From Vicugna vicugna (taxonomy: Eukaryota), in NCBI GenBank assembly GCA_013265495.1, contig MU058252.1, positions 1,088,244-1,152,243 on the forward strand: a stretch of DNA of 64,000 nucleotides. The letters are read 5' to 3'. The number at the start of each line of letters is the position of its first letter. Position 1 is the first letter of the stretch. The position numbers were made by a program, and so were the translations under genes. Of the stretch, positions 36,536 to 48,586 are shown piece after piece. The notes below the pieces were generated by a model. The model did not search any database, was not told where the DNA came from, and was given only the letters and a program-made list of their open reading frames with translations.

Positions 36536-36714
36536 CTTTCCCGGCACTGCTGGGGAGGATGGGGATGACGGGGGACGGCACTGGCTCTGGAGGCTCCTCT
36601 TTGACCAGCGACAAGTCTGGGTACCTGCTCACTTCCATCCCAACCACACTCTCGGGAGAGGACGAGGGCACAAAACTGTCTGGAGTATCGCGATCAGCGG
36701 CATGCTCCTGTAAC
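36536..36714 (-). CDS. KMT2C: KMT2C exon ~47: (R)LQEHAADRDTPDSFVPSSSPESVVGMEVSRYPDLSLVKEEPPEPVPSPVIPILPSSAGK
   Basis: 179 nt, ctcccag/gtgggc boundaries. Confidence 0.96.
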
Positions 36715-37469
36715 CTGGGAGGAGAACAGACGCAGGACATGAGCTGGAGCCAACCTGCCCCAGCCTGGCTCCGTGTGTGACCTTCCGACAACAACATGAG
36801 AACCCATGATTCGGGGCAGGGCCAACCAGGAAATCTCTCTGGGGTGAAAAAACAAAAAGGAAGTATGTTTAAAGTAATTTAAATGATATGTTTCCTGCTG
36901 ACTAAAGCTTTAGCACCCAAGTTGAAAGACTTGCCAAAGATGTTCAGATTACAGCAGGGCACAGAGAAAGTGAATACTCACACTTCTGCAGACAGCAGAT
37001 CCCTGAGACTAGGGAACATCCTGGGGCTGAAAAAGGGCCGAGCAGCACCCCCCGCCCCCAGCCTCATGCACAGGGCTCTCCCAGGGCTGCTCGTACTCAC
37101 GGGGGCGGAATGGGTAACACCTGGTCATTGTGACTTCAAAGGCCTTTATTTTTCTTAACTGATAAAGTGAGGTGATAAAAAGAAGCGACTGGTCTAGTCC
37201 AAGAAGCTAAAGGTGACCAAGGCAACTGGGGATGGAGGGCAAGTGTGGCATCAGGCTGGACGCTGAAGGGCAACCTGGTGTCTCACTAGGCCTCCCCCAG
37301 CAGGGACGCAGGCATGTGGAAGGAAGCTGGGAAGCAGCATTATTAGAAGACCCTAGAAAGGCTCCCAGAGAGCCCCTGTGAGACCCGGAGTGGGCATCAA
37401 GCTCGTACACGTAGGAGGCTGCTTCCCACAGCTGCCACCCAGTCACAGATTCGGCACAAATCTAGCAGT

Positions 37470-37575
37470 GAGTTTCAGGGGAACAAAAGACCTGGATTCT
37501 AACTCTGGACAAGTCACTTCTCTTTGATACACAGTTTTGTCAATAAAGTATGGGGTTTAATCTAAATGACCTGTC
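37470..37575 (+). mobile_element. MIR-like SINE fragment
   Basis: AAGACCTGGATTCTAACTCTGGACAAGTCACTTCTCTTTGATACACAGTTTT; very degenerate. Confidence 0.45.
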
Positions 37576-38170
37576 ATCACAAAGAGGGTTTTCATCACCA
37601 GATTTTCCAAGGGGGAAAGAGTAATCTGATGAAGTGCCTAAGAACCTCTCCTGGGTTTCACTCACTGGGTCATGATTATCTACTAAAGGAAGTGGATTCC
37701 CCCAGTCAGAACCTTGGGGCTAAAGAGCTGATACAAAGAAGTCACAAAACTCTGGACAGGAGTGTCCTTGAATTCCTTCCCATGAGAGCATTCTCTGATA
37801 CCTGTGACCGCTGCTCTTCTATTCTGACATCTGCAAACATCAATAAACCCAATAAAATCACATTAACAGGTTATAAAGGACACGAGTCTTTGAAACATTT
37901 TGCATGGAGTCCCACTGCCTTCATGTCTATTCCATTATTATTTGTTGAACTTCCTATATCATGTAAGATTTTTAAAATGCACAAATAATATTTAATAGTA
38001 TTTTTTATAAACTTTAAGTTCTGATGAAAACTATTCACCAGATTTTACCTTTTAAGTCTTTTAAGTGTTTTTAACATGCTACTTCTAGAGACATTGTCCT
38101 ATATACATACACATACAATTTTTTTAATAAATGAAGTAACTAAAAACATCAGAGAAGAAGGCACTTGTAC

Positions 38171-38318
38171 CTTAACTCTTCCTGGTTATTATGCGGTGGT
38201 GTTGGGAGGGAGGCGGGAACATCCACTGTCTTGGGGCCCTGAGCAATAGCTCTGGCTAACAAGTCGTCTTGCGGTCTGAAAGGCAGCTGAAATGGTTTAG
38301 GTCCTAGACTTCTGGTAA
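38171..38318 (-). CDS. KMT2C: KMT2C exon ~46: (V)TRSLGPKPFQLPFRPQDDLLARAIAQGPKTVDVPASLPTPPHNNQEEL(R)
   Basis: 148 nt, ttccag/gtacaa boundaries. Confidence 0.96.
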
Positions 38319-38460
38319 CTGGAAAAGCAAAAACACAGAAGCAAATATACTTAGTCAAGATGGACAAGTGGGTACAACTGTACAACCTGACTGCCATTTC
38401 ACCTGCACGGCCGCCAAGGGCGTGCCCCTCCAAGGTAGAAATGTGGGCTGGGCGTCATAC

Positions 38461-38602
38461 CTTCATGGCTCACCAGTACGCCAGCTTTCCCAGCAAGCTC
38501 TTCAGTTGTTGCAAAGCCGTTCGCCATCTTCTGACAGGCCAGAGGAGGTGGTGTAGGAGGAAGAGAGGCAGGGGGTGTTGGAGGATTACTTAAATTATTC
38601 TG
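38461..38602 (-). CDS. KMT2C: KMT2C exon ~45: QNNLSNPPTPPASLPPTPPPLACQKMANGFATTEELAGKAGVLVSHE
   Basis: 142 nt, CAGCAG tandem acceptor, gtatga donor; hand translated. Confidence 0.95.
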
Positions 38603-40008
38603 CTGCAGGAGACCAAAAGATTTTACATTATATGCTACTGAGCAAATATGCCAGGACCTTGCTAAAACTTAGTTCTGTGAATTTTTAGCACAGGGAGGCA
38701 ACACTACAGAAACGTAACCAGATGTGTCTTCATTTCTCAAAGGCACACCAAGAAAAGTAAACACGCAGGCCAGGAGGCCTTTGGTGGAACAAGTGTGCAT
38801 GGCTTTGTGGACGTGTCATCCACTTGCTCGCTTCACCCAGCCTGAGTGCTCATCTTCGGCATTAGAAGTAAATTTACATTGTGCCAGTGAAGGATAGCTT
38901 TAAAATTCAACCAATAAATTGCGAAAAGTTCTCAAAACCTCCTTTATCAACTTCTCATTAAGATATGCCCTCATTCTGTAAAAAAACTTAAGAATTTAAG
39001 GTCCTAACCCAGTACTTACAACTCACATCCTAGATATTAGAATCCAGACTGTCCAAAATCTCAAAAAGCAGCAAAAGGAGTAGCAATTATACAAAGTTGA
39101 GTGAATCATTGACAGATGTCGTTTCCCCCCAAACATCTGTCCCTGCTTAACATTTGTGGTCCATTTGTTATTTATTGACTGACGAGTCTCTCAGGAATTG
39201 TTGGACTCTACCTATAATACCGTGCTGATCAAGTGCAAGGTCAAATTACAAATCTTGCAAAGATCTAGGATTTCATGAAGATGATGAAGTTGTGTGGAGA
39301 ACAGCTTGCATCAGAAGAGAAGGCATTTACAAGAGTAAGGAGAGGTTCTAACTGAAGAGAAAAGCCAATAATGACAATAAATGGAGCATCACAAGAGAAT
39401 GACTTTAATATTAAAAAAGAGAAGCCCTCAGGAAAACTGACGATACTAACAAATATTTTTGCAAAAAGACCACTTTACACAAGTCAGATGTGAAGTAAAG
39501 AGTGCCTAGTGAGCCTAGCATAAAACTTTGTTTAAAAAACAATACCGGAAGATAAACTAGGTTTAGCTGGGTTTTTTTTAGCAGTCTAAGAATTAATAAT
39601 TATGTTATACTGCAGCTAGTTGCAATTAGTACCTAAATTATTAGGTAAAATATGGTTTAAATTTTTCTTTTGATTTTTCAGGATAAATTCCTACCATATT
39701 TTTTTGTTTACTCTGAATTTCAATTCATTTAAAAAGTTAATAAAGATTACAGGAAAATAACTATTTTCCCTACCACAGAAATACATAATGGATGTTTGTC
39801 ACAATCTGTACTCTTACCTAGACAAAAATTTCAAATGTTCACACCAGAAACACTTTACCTGGTAAAATCTTAACCTTTTAGTCGAGCTAAAGTTTAAATG
39901 GAACTTGGAAGATCAGATGCAAACCAGATGGAAAAGCAAGACAGGCTCTACCAATTCTGACACGGCATCCAAAGAGCAAGCAAGGGGGCACCTCGCAAAG
40001 AGACATAC

Positions 40009-40173
40009 CTTGTAGATCAACTGAGAATAGTAATCCGAAACCCCGTCAAGGGTCGCACTGCCAAAAGCTCCTAGAAGTCGATTCCCACTATTAAACGGGC
40101 CACTGCCGTAAGGAAGAAAGTGGGCAAAGTTCACTCCAATGACTGGTTCCATTAGAGGGAGCAGAGAGAGCTG
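40009..40173 (-). CDS. KMT2C: KMT2C candidate cassette exon (55 aa): QLSLLPLMEPVIGVNFAHFLPYGSGPFNSGNRLLGAFGSATLDGVSDYYSQLIYK
   Basis: 165 nt, phase 0-0, TAGCAG acceptor, AAG/gtatgt donor, open frame; resembles a KMT2D segment and a human KMT2C isoform insert as I recall them. Confidence 0.9.
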
Positions 40174-40858
40174 CTATTGAAAAACACATTTAAGAGTAAT
40201 GCACACGATAAACAAAACAAGAGTTTCTCAACTTTCTAAGACCCGGAGCAACTTAGTCAAACAAGCTTGAGGAAAATAAGACTCAAAACTTTCAAGCATC
40301 CAAGTGCAGGAATAAGGGAGAGAGACTCCAGAATTCTTGAGACATACTTAAAAATGAGCCTTATTCTCGTCTGTCTTAAAAGGGATGCTGCCAGGCATCT
40401 ACCAAGAGTAACAGCTTCCTTATCCTCACTCAGCAAGAAGCAGGGCTGAACTGAGGCTGGGTGCCCCCCGTGGCACTCTCAGCGCTGTCTCCCACCTTCC
40501 GTATCAACTACAAGGGTAAGAACGGAGTCTGCTACGGGGAGAGACCGACGGCTGCGTCCAGTCGCCAGTAACGCGGACAGAATCTGCCTTGGTGCCGAGG
40601 CTGCTCCCTCTGAACGTCAGTAAATCTCGACCATCACCAACCGCTCCATCTATTTTACTGTAATTTTGGGGGTGCCAATAGGACAAATCTGGCAGGTAGG
40701 AAATCGACTAGGTTCCTTGTTGCGATATATTTATCCCTGTAACTCTCTACTTCAGGAAATGATCGCAACAAAGAGAAAGTTTCGGTTTAACAGGGTTAAA
40801 AAAGCACTTGATGTCTCATTTCCTTGAATTTTTAAAGGGGCTGCTCCGCAGGACTCAC

Positions 40859-41071
40859 CTGTTTCAGGTGGGTAAAGGTGTCGGCGGTAGAGTACAAAGC
40901 TTGTTTTTCCTCCTCTTCCTTTTTCCTTTTCTTTGAGCGAGGTGCTGTCTTCTCCCCAGTCCTCTGAGTTCGTTTGCTTCGCTGTTTCTTGGTTTCACTT
41001 CCTCCATCTGTTTTTGGCAACTGGTTGTTGCCACATCCAAAACCACCTTGCATTTGAGCCCCCAAAGTTTG
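40859..41071 (-). CDS. KMT2C: KMT2C exon ~44: QTLGAQMQGGFGCGNNQLPKTDGGSETKKQRSKRTQRTGEKTAPRSKKRKKEEEEKQALYSTADTFTHLKQ
   Basis: 213 nt, cattag/gtgagt boundaries; basic NLS-like KKRKK. Confidence 0.96.
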
Positions 41072-41914
41072 CTAATGTAATTGGAAAGGTTAAGAAATAA
41101 GTGAACTATTCACGTTTGATTTTCAGTTCACGCTAATTCAGTTCCATCCTAAGCCAAGTATCCCTAACATGGGTACCAAAAGTTAAGGAGGAAAGATGGT
41201 GGCATCAAATAGTCTAAGTGTTTTCTGAAAACAGCACCCCCTTTTCCAAACATGATTCTCAAGTATGGAAACCAGCAAGCTGCAGAGCTTCAGGAAAGAG
41301 CAGAACTCGTTAAGTGTGGCTGTTTTCCCTTCAGAGGGAGCATTACTCCTCCGGGCTGCCCACACCACTGGTGCCAAAGACTGGAGTTCCCCATCCTGCT
41401 CACTGGAGGCTCTTAGCCACCACGGCCTCTGCACTGTGGTCTTTAGCGTGCTATCTGGGTTCCCCTTAGGAACGGGTAAAATACAAGGCGTGAGGAAACC
41501 ACTGACAGGCTCCAGAAAAGCCTCGCAGCCTGCACATCTCAGCTGCGAGGGGCTGCCGGGCTCAGAGATCAGTAAAAACAAGCAGCGCTAGTCATTCAGC
41601 TTAGTTCACGACCACACAGGACTGAGTAATCACCACACACTTGCAGTCAATGAAAGAGGACCTACATGATAGCAAATAAACCTTTACTTTTGTATTTACG
41701 GCTAAGAATAAACCAATCCTTAAAGAGGTTTTTAAGGGCAGTGCCATCAATACCTAAAAATATGGGACTATTTTTAGGGGCCATTATTTCTAAACTTGAA
41801 AGCCATCCTTTGCTACAGACACCTAATAGCTGCTGAACTTCTTTTACTGCAGTCTGCATTGAACCTCTGAGGGTTTGCAGATTACAGCTTCCATTTACAT
41901 GGCATAACTCAGAG

Positions 41915-42235
41915 CACGGGTGGCAGAACTTTTCTGGAAAAGGTCAAAGAGTAAGCGTTTCAGGCTTTGCAGAACCCACGGCACCTGCTGTGCTCTCAGC
42001 TCTCTGCCCTGGGACGGCAAGACCAGCCACAGACAGCAGAACCTCGTGAGCTTGGCTACGTTCCCAAAACCTTCTTCAATTCATGGACACTGAACCTTAA
42101 ATTTCATGTAATCTTCACATGTTGTAAACTACTACTCTGCTTCAGATTTTCTTCAGCCACTTAAACATGTAAAAACCATTCTTAGCTCTTACAAAAAAGA
42201 GGGGATGTGGAAGCAGGGACCCCAGCCTGGGACTA
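41915..42235. mobile_element. MER58B-like hAT-Charlie MITE
   Basis: GGTGGCAGAACTTTTCTGGAAAAGGTCAAAGAGTAAGCGTTTCAGGCTTTGCAG...ATGGACACTGAACCTTAAATTTCATGTAATCTTCACATG...TGTAAAAACCATTCTTAGCTC. Confidence 0.75.
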
Positions 42236-42239
42236 GCTC

Positions 42240-42400
42240 GATGGTTCTCAAAGGGTGGTCCCCAGAGCAGCAGAACGAGCACCACCTTGGACTGGGCCAC
42301 CTCAGACCTCCTGAGAGTGTGGTGGGAGCGAGGCCCGGCGACCTACGTGTGAACAAGCCGTCTAGGTGACTGTGATACATCCAAGCCCTGCAAAGCCCAG
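42240..42400. mobile_element. MER5A-like hAT MITE
   Basis: TGGTTCTCAAAGGGTGGTCCCCAGAGCAGCAG...CAGACCTCCTGAG...AACAAGCCGTCTAGGTGACTGTGAT. Confidence 0.65.
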
Positions 42401-43794
42401 GCCCAGGGCCACGCCCTCCTGGTCTGTATTTACGGGGATCATTCGGGATCTTGTTAAAAGACACTCTGACTGGGATGACCACGCCAGGGACACAAGATTC
42501 CACTTTTCCTACAGAGCCCCCAGGGAAGTCGACGCTGCTGACCCCCAAGGACTGCACTGTGGGTAGGAAGGGCCCAAGCCCTCCTCACTGGCTCACAACT
42601 GGAGCACGATGCACTGCTTGTCGGGTTTGCAGGGTCAGGCACTGTCTAAGTGCTTAGCCGGCTTCTCCTACCTCACAGCAACCCTGAGAAGCAGGCACTA
42701 CTACAGTTCAAAGAATACTTTAAATTACAGAACACGAAAGACCAAACATCATCCAGAAGTTTACCTGGGATAGAAATACTTCACATTTTAATGTACCTGC
42801 TTACCATCTTGTCTATGCCTACACATATTTTGTTAAAAACACAATAAATCACACTTAGCATCCTTTTATTTCAGTGGCTGCTTTTTAAACTTGACATGTG
42901 GTTTGTTCTCCATGACATTAAACATTCATGTACAGCATAAATTTTAATGGCTGCAAAAAAATCTGTATATCATTCACATACAGATATACAGAAACAATAA
43001 CTGAATCAGTAACCGCTGTTGTGGATTTAGGTTGTTTTCTTTCTCTCACTTTTCTCTATTAGTAAAGACACAGTTGTTCATAAGCTACTCATGTGGTCAC
43101 AGCTTTGCACAAGTCAGAACGTACATCCCTCCTGCCAGACCCCTAGGTATGCGCTGGCAGGTCACGGGCACGCACCGCTTTGGATGAACAGCACAAGCAC
43201 AAGGTGCACTCTGAGTCCTCTTGGCCCTGTGGCAACGGCAGCCCAGTGACAGGGAGCACCAGCAACCCCGTTCTGCGGATGAGGAAACCCCGGGACAGAA
43301 AGGCCGACGTGCCCCGCCCAGGCCGCAGGCTGGGAAGAGATGAAAACTCAGACTTAACGCAGGCTGAGGGGTGCGCCCTCTCAAAGGCGCCGCGCCACAC
43401 ACAACCGGGGGGGTGCTCTTCCAGCCCCAGCGTCCGTGTGAGAAAACAGACCTCCTCAGCATGGAGGGAGAACCGCGCCTCTCCGACTACTGCCCCAACA
43501 AGCCTGCCTTCAGTGGGACTAGGAAGTAAATGACTTTCGTCACTGGAAAAACGGGAGGAGTAGCCATGCCTGCCATATGATTAAATGGCACTTAGGGCGA
43601 GTGCTCAGCATGGTGTAACCTGGAATGCAGTACGAAGGCATCACCCCTGGTGATGAAGGGCCCCCCACTGTGCAGCCTCCCCAGCGGTCAGTCCACTTGC
43701 ATGTACGCAAACAAGCCCATCTCTCTTTCCATCGCGACACCCAGTATTTATGTTTCTTATATACAATCACCAGTGTTAGGACTTGACTTCAACA

Positions 43795-44170
43795 CAGCCC
43801 ACTGAATACCAATGATGTGCTAAGTACTCCATGAGGTACGGAGGACAGAAAGGCACTCAGCGTGCAGTCTGTGCCCTTTGAGGAGCTATTTACGGTAAGT
43901 GGCACTACAGCAACTGCTATGTGAGCACACGGGCGTCAGCACCTATTTCAGACTGGCTGAGCTGAGAAAGGTATCTGGAGAAGATGATTCCAGAACTGAG
44001 TTCTGAAAGATAAAAAGATAGTGGCCAGATGTGAAAACAGAAGGGAGCGCAGAGCAGGCGGAAACGGCAGCGTCACGGCTGCCCAGGGAAGGGGTGAAAT
44101 CAGAAAGACAACATGGACAGCAAGCAGCTTGGTGTTCCTTCGGCATAAGATGCAGCGGACTAAGCGGCTG
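43795..44170 (-). mobile_element. L2 3' region fragment
   Basis: ACTGAATACCAATGATGTGCTAAGTACT...GTCTGTGCCCTTTGAGGAGCT...GAACTGAGTTCTGAAAGATAAAAAG; degenerate. Confidence 0.5.
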
Positions 44171-45165
44171 GAGACTGAGCCTATTCGCTGATAGCAAATG
44201 TGACTGAAAAAGTATCACCACCGAAATTTAGAAAAATAACGTGAAACAATGGGGTCAGCGCTCCACCCCTACTGGATGGTCAGAGAGACAAGTAAGAGAA
44301 AACGAAGAGTAAGCCAACAGCTGCAAGTGAACGGCTTCACTAACAATCTTAGAACCGCAACTCTGAATGGCTGTACACACCCCTCCACCCCACTCAACTG
44401 AAAAATGAGAAACTTACAATCCACTTTGAGAAGCACTGTAGGGAAAGCTTTAGGAACAGTCTAATAAGGGCACTGCAGCCTCTGAAAGATGAGACAAGTG
44501 GACCGATTCCTATAACCCGAGAAAACCCAGTGTGGGAACTATCTCAAGGAAGTTCACCGAAATGAGGGAGATGGAATCTAATAAAGGTATATTTACAAGA
44601 AAGTTCTTCACACAATGGAAAAACAAAAGCAAACCCAATGCTTACAACTAAATAAGGGCAGAATATGGATACATGGAAAACTACAAAGATACAAGAGCAT
44701 GTACATAGGAGGCTGTGTTTGTGCAACAGGAAGTATTAACATGCTGCAACAGAACGGATGCCCAACACTCCTGAGTCCCTGGGGTACCTACAGGGGGTGT
44801 GGACTGTGTTCTGCATTTCAGAGAGGTTCCTGGAGGCTGCACACTACCTGCAGTAAGGACGCATCAACACTTACTTCGTTAGATCAGCTCAGTGCGGCAG
44901 CAGCCAACGGACAGGAACTTGTTACGTGTGAAATGCATTACCCTACATAGCCCTGATTTTTGAAAAATACAGTAAACAAATGATTACTTGATATAATTCA
45001 TTAGTGTAAGTCAAAACTTGGGATCCATGTTCTTTTCACTCCAGAGTGAAAAGGCTGTAAGACAGTGTACAACAGTCCACACCGCGGCTGGCACTAATCT
45101 GCTGTAACTATAATTTAAAACGAAAGGGAAAAAAGTAAGTGGTAGTTTCCCTGAGCCACACTTAC

Positions 45166-46872
45166 CACTTCGGCTGGGTTCTGCCGCTCTGCTAGTTTGT
45201 TGTCCTTTGTACAGTCCTCTTCTGAACAAAAACCACCTTCTGGTTTTTGATTTAAAAGGGAAGAAGCCTTTTTGTTTTTCAGCAGGTGCTTCAGAAGTTC
45301 ATTGCCCGAATCTCCTTTGGCAGCAGGAGCCCCAGCAGGACGGGAAGGACTCTGCCCGGCGGAGGCAGGGCCGGCCGCAGCCTTTTCCTTGGCCTGATCC
45401 TCCGTGCGCTCCTCCAGCTCAGGCCCGTCTTGGCCTGGGCGCTGCTCTGGCTCAGCCGTCTCCAGTTTTACCTCTTCCACCGTGGCAGGGGTTTCGATGG
45501 AGAGCTTATCCACCTCTGAATTTGCACAGGTCTGCTGGCTTGGGGTTCCTTGCGAGAAGTCACTAGTGGGCAGTTTGCTCTCCAGTTCTGGACACAGCTG
45601 GCCAGCGGCCGGGTCAGGAGCCGACGGGCCGCCTGGCTCCACCACCTCAGGCTCTGCGAGCTGGGGAAGCTCGCCGGGCGTGTTCACCGTAGGGGTGGAG
45701 GTAGTTTCGGAGGCACTCGGGGTTGGTGGAGCAGTTATATCTGAATGCGGAGTTGAAGGTGCCTTGGTAGATTCTGTGTCATCATCTTTCTTCTTCTTTC
45801 TTGTTCTTTTCTTTTTCCCCTTTTCTTCTGGGATTATATCAGAATATAACTGAATGAGAGACTGGGCTGATCCCGGGTAACTTTGCCCATGGGTTACAGC
45901 AGGGTCCTGGCCACACGGGAGACTGCTGTTAGCCACTGGAGGTGCTGCAGGTAAAGCAGGTGTAAAAGGAGGCCTCACTGGGGACGGCTGGAAGCCAGCC
46001 CCAGGAAGACCTCCATGCACCTGCTTAACAGAATGGAAATTTGGGCTTCCACCAGGAACTGACGGTGTGTCAGGAACAAACGGGGGAGGTCCTATCTGCC
46101 TTCGCTCGTTGGTTTGCATGAAACTCTGGGTGGGGGGTGAATTAATGGATCCTTGCTGCATAGTCTGGGGCTGTAAAACCTGCCCCATTTGCTGTTGGTG
46201 TTGTGGCGACTGCTGAAGGGGCCTTGGGGGCTGCATGAAATCACAAGGCAGGTCAGAGCTGTAGAAGGGAACCTGGGACACGGAGGTCCTACCGCCCAGC
46301 TCCGAGCCCATCACGCCGTGCTGCTCCACTTCCATCCTCTGCTGCAGAGCCCTCTGTCTGTCCACCTCCTGCATGAGCTGGATGCGCTGTCTCTCCTGCT
46401 GCTCTCGTAGGCGCTCCTTTCGTTCTCGTTCTTGGAAACTTTCACTGAAGGGATTATTGTCATCAAACTCCACCCGTGGTGGTGGTCCACTCTGTGGATT
46501 TGCATTCGACACTGCCCCTGGGGCTGGGGTGCAAGTTTTTATTGGCAACTGGGCAACAGGAGGCTGGACCCTGGGAGGATTGAGGGGCAGGTGAGAAGGG
46601 GCACTGGCGGGCTGCCACCCAGGCAAGCTGGGCATTCTGGCCGGGCTGCTGTGGCCGATGACGGCTGCATGCTGCTGGTGCTGCAGCTGCGCAGGCACCA
46701 TGGGGAAGCCGGGCTGGCTCAAGGCGGGTGGGGGGGCACCTGGGACCAGGGGTGGCTGGGGCTGGACCCCTGGCATTACAGTTGGTGGGGCCATTGCACA
46801 CTGCTGCTGCTGCTGCTGCTTGATCCGATAATCTTCAATCAGCTCGGCATGCTCCTTCTGCTGTTTGCGAAT
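45166..46872 (-). CDS. KMT2C: KMT2C exon ~43 (1707 nt): IRKQQKEHAELIEDYRIKQQQQQQ...NPAEV; Pro/Gln-rich region, charged helical segment, KKKRTRKKKK, LKHLL
   Basis: ctgcag/gtaagt boundaries, 569 codons, coincident with ORF 45115..46794. Confidence 0.97.
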
Positions 46873-48344
46873 CTGCAGTAATGAAACTAAATCTCAATCA
46901 TTTACGTCACTACAGGCATCAACTGAAACACTGGTGACGATTACGGTGGAGGTCACACAGAAGGCAGTTAAAAGCCTGTCGAGGCAAAAATGCCTGGGCA
47001 ACAGCAAAAATCACACGCCAAAAGACGGACTGATCACAAAGACTGTCAATCTTTTCAATAGGATTTTTCTAAATTTATACGTAAAGACGTTTTAACACCA
47101 AAAACAAATCTGAAAAACATTCTTCTGAAATACATACTAAGAAAATCTTACTCTGAACGTCATAAACTATTTCAACTACATATGAAAAGTCAGAGAAAAC
47201 AATAAACAAAGGCTACACTGGAATCAGCTAATGGTGATGCCTTACAAGTTACGTCAATACATGCGGCTGGATTAGCGGTGAGATTTAACTCAGACTTGAA
47301 CCATTTAAACATGTGAAGATTTCATTTTTTAAATATACAAAATTGTACATGTTAAAAAAAGATGAGTTATTAGCGCATATACCACACCTTCCCCTCCAGG
47401 TTAAAAAGACTAGATGGGTCAAACTCCTCGAATTTTAGAGGTAACATACTCAAATTACAGCTTGTGAAATATGTGAAAGCTCTGAGACAGTGTTTTAAAT
47501 AGTTCCTAATGTAACGCCTGACTTGTGTCTGTTGATTCATTCCAAAGCCTTTGTGCCTCAGTGTGCAGACATTACGGACCAATCTCAAATAAACACACAA
47601 CTCGTGGCCTGAGAGCGTGCCACCCCACTTGGGGACGTGGGAGAAAGGGTGCAAGGTGGTGTGCGTACCCTCCAAGATCACCCAGTCTTTGCATGCTGAG
47701 CTAGCGCACTGGGCCCTGCTCCAACAGGTTTCCAGTGTGTTTTCTGCAGTTACCCGGGTAGACTAGCATGTTCTCTGCATACAGTGGTTTTGGCCTGTTT
47801 TCCAGCGGCTGTATAACTCCTATTCACATTTCCTTCTCTCTCCTGACTGGTTTACTAGCTAGAGCTGAGGAATTCCCACCAGACTGCCGAAGGAGAATGA
47901 ATATACATGAAGCATCTAGAACACTACCTGGGATACAGAAGGTGGTAGCCAGCGCCTTTCCCATGACATCTGAAAAGTTCTCTTAAAAATGTTACCGTCA
48001 ATTGCTTACTTAAGGAGGTTACGCGGGACTGCTGGCAACTATACAGTAACAGATGATGTGTCTTGTTTCCCAAGTACAGTATTAGCTTCTAAATAGGACC
48101 TGATCCATGGACATGCAAAAACAACACCGTCAGCATAAAAAATTTACAGAAATATACCAGAAGGCAATAAAAGGACTAAAAATAATTTATAAAGGAATCT
48201 TTAAAAGCATATTTACTTCCAATAAACATGGTCCCAGAGAGTAAATTTAAAGAGAAATCTCTCATTACAGAATAGTCTTGGTTTTAAACGATGGGAATTA
48301 CACTGCAGTCACCTTACTGCTGGTACATTATTGTAGTAACTATA

Positions 48345-48530
48345 GTTTGGAGATAAAAACGTTTGAGTTCAAATCCCTAATCCAGTACATCAGCTATGAG
48401 GAACATGTCACCGACCTCTACGATGACTCTGCAGAATTCTTCACATGTAAAATGGTGATAAAACTGACTTGTTCAGAAGGTGGCAGAGAATCTTAGGTAA
48501 TACAGGGCATAAATGTGTTCATTACAAAGA
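48345..48530 (+). mobile_element. MIR SINE
   Basis: TTTGAGTTCAAATCCC...AGCTATGAG...TTCTTCACATGTAAAATGGTGATAA MIR core. Confidence 0.65.
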
Positions 48531-48586
48531 AAGCACTCTGATTTCCATCAAGTCAATCTACTCTGAATTCTTCCCTTTCTACTATT

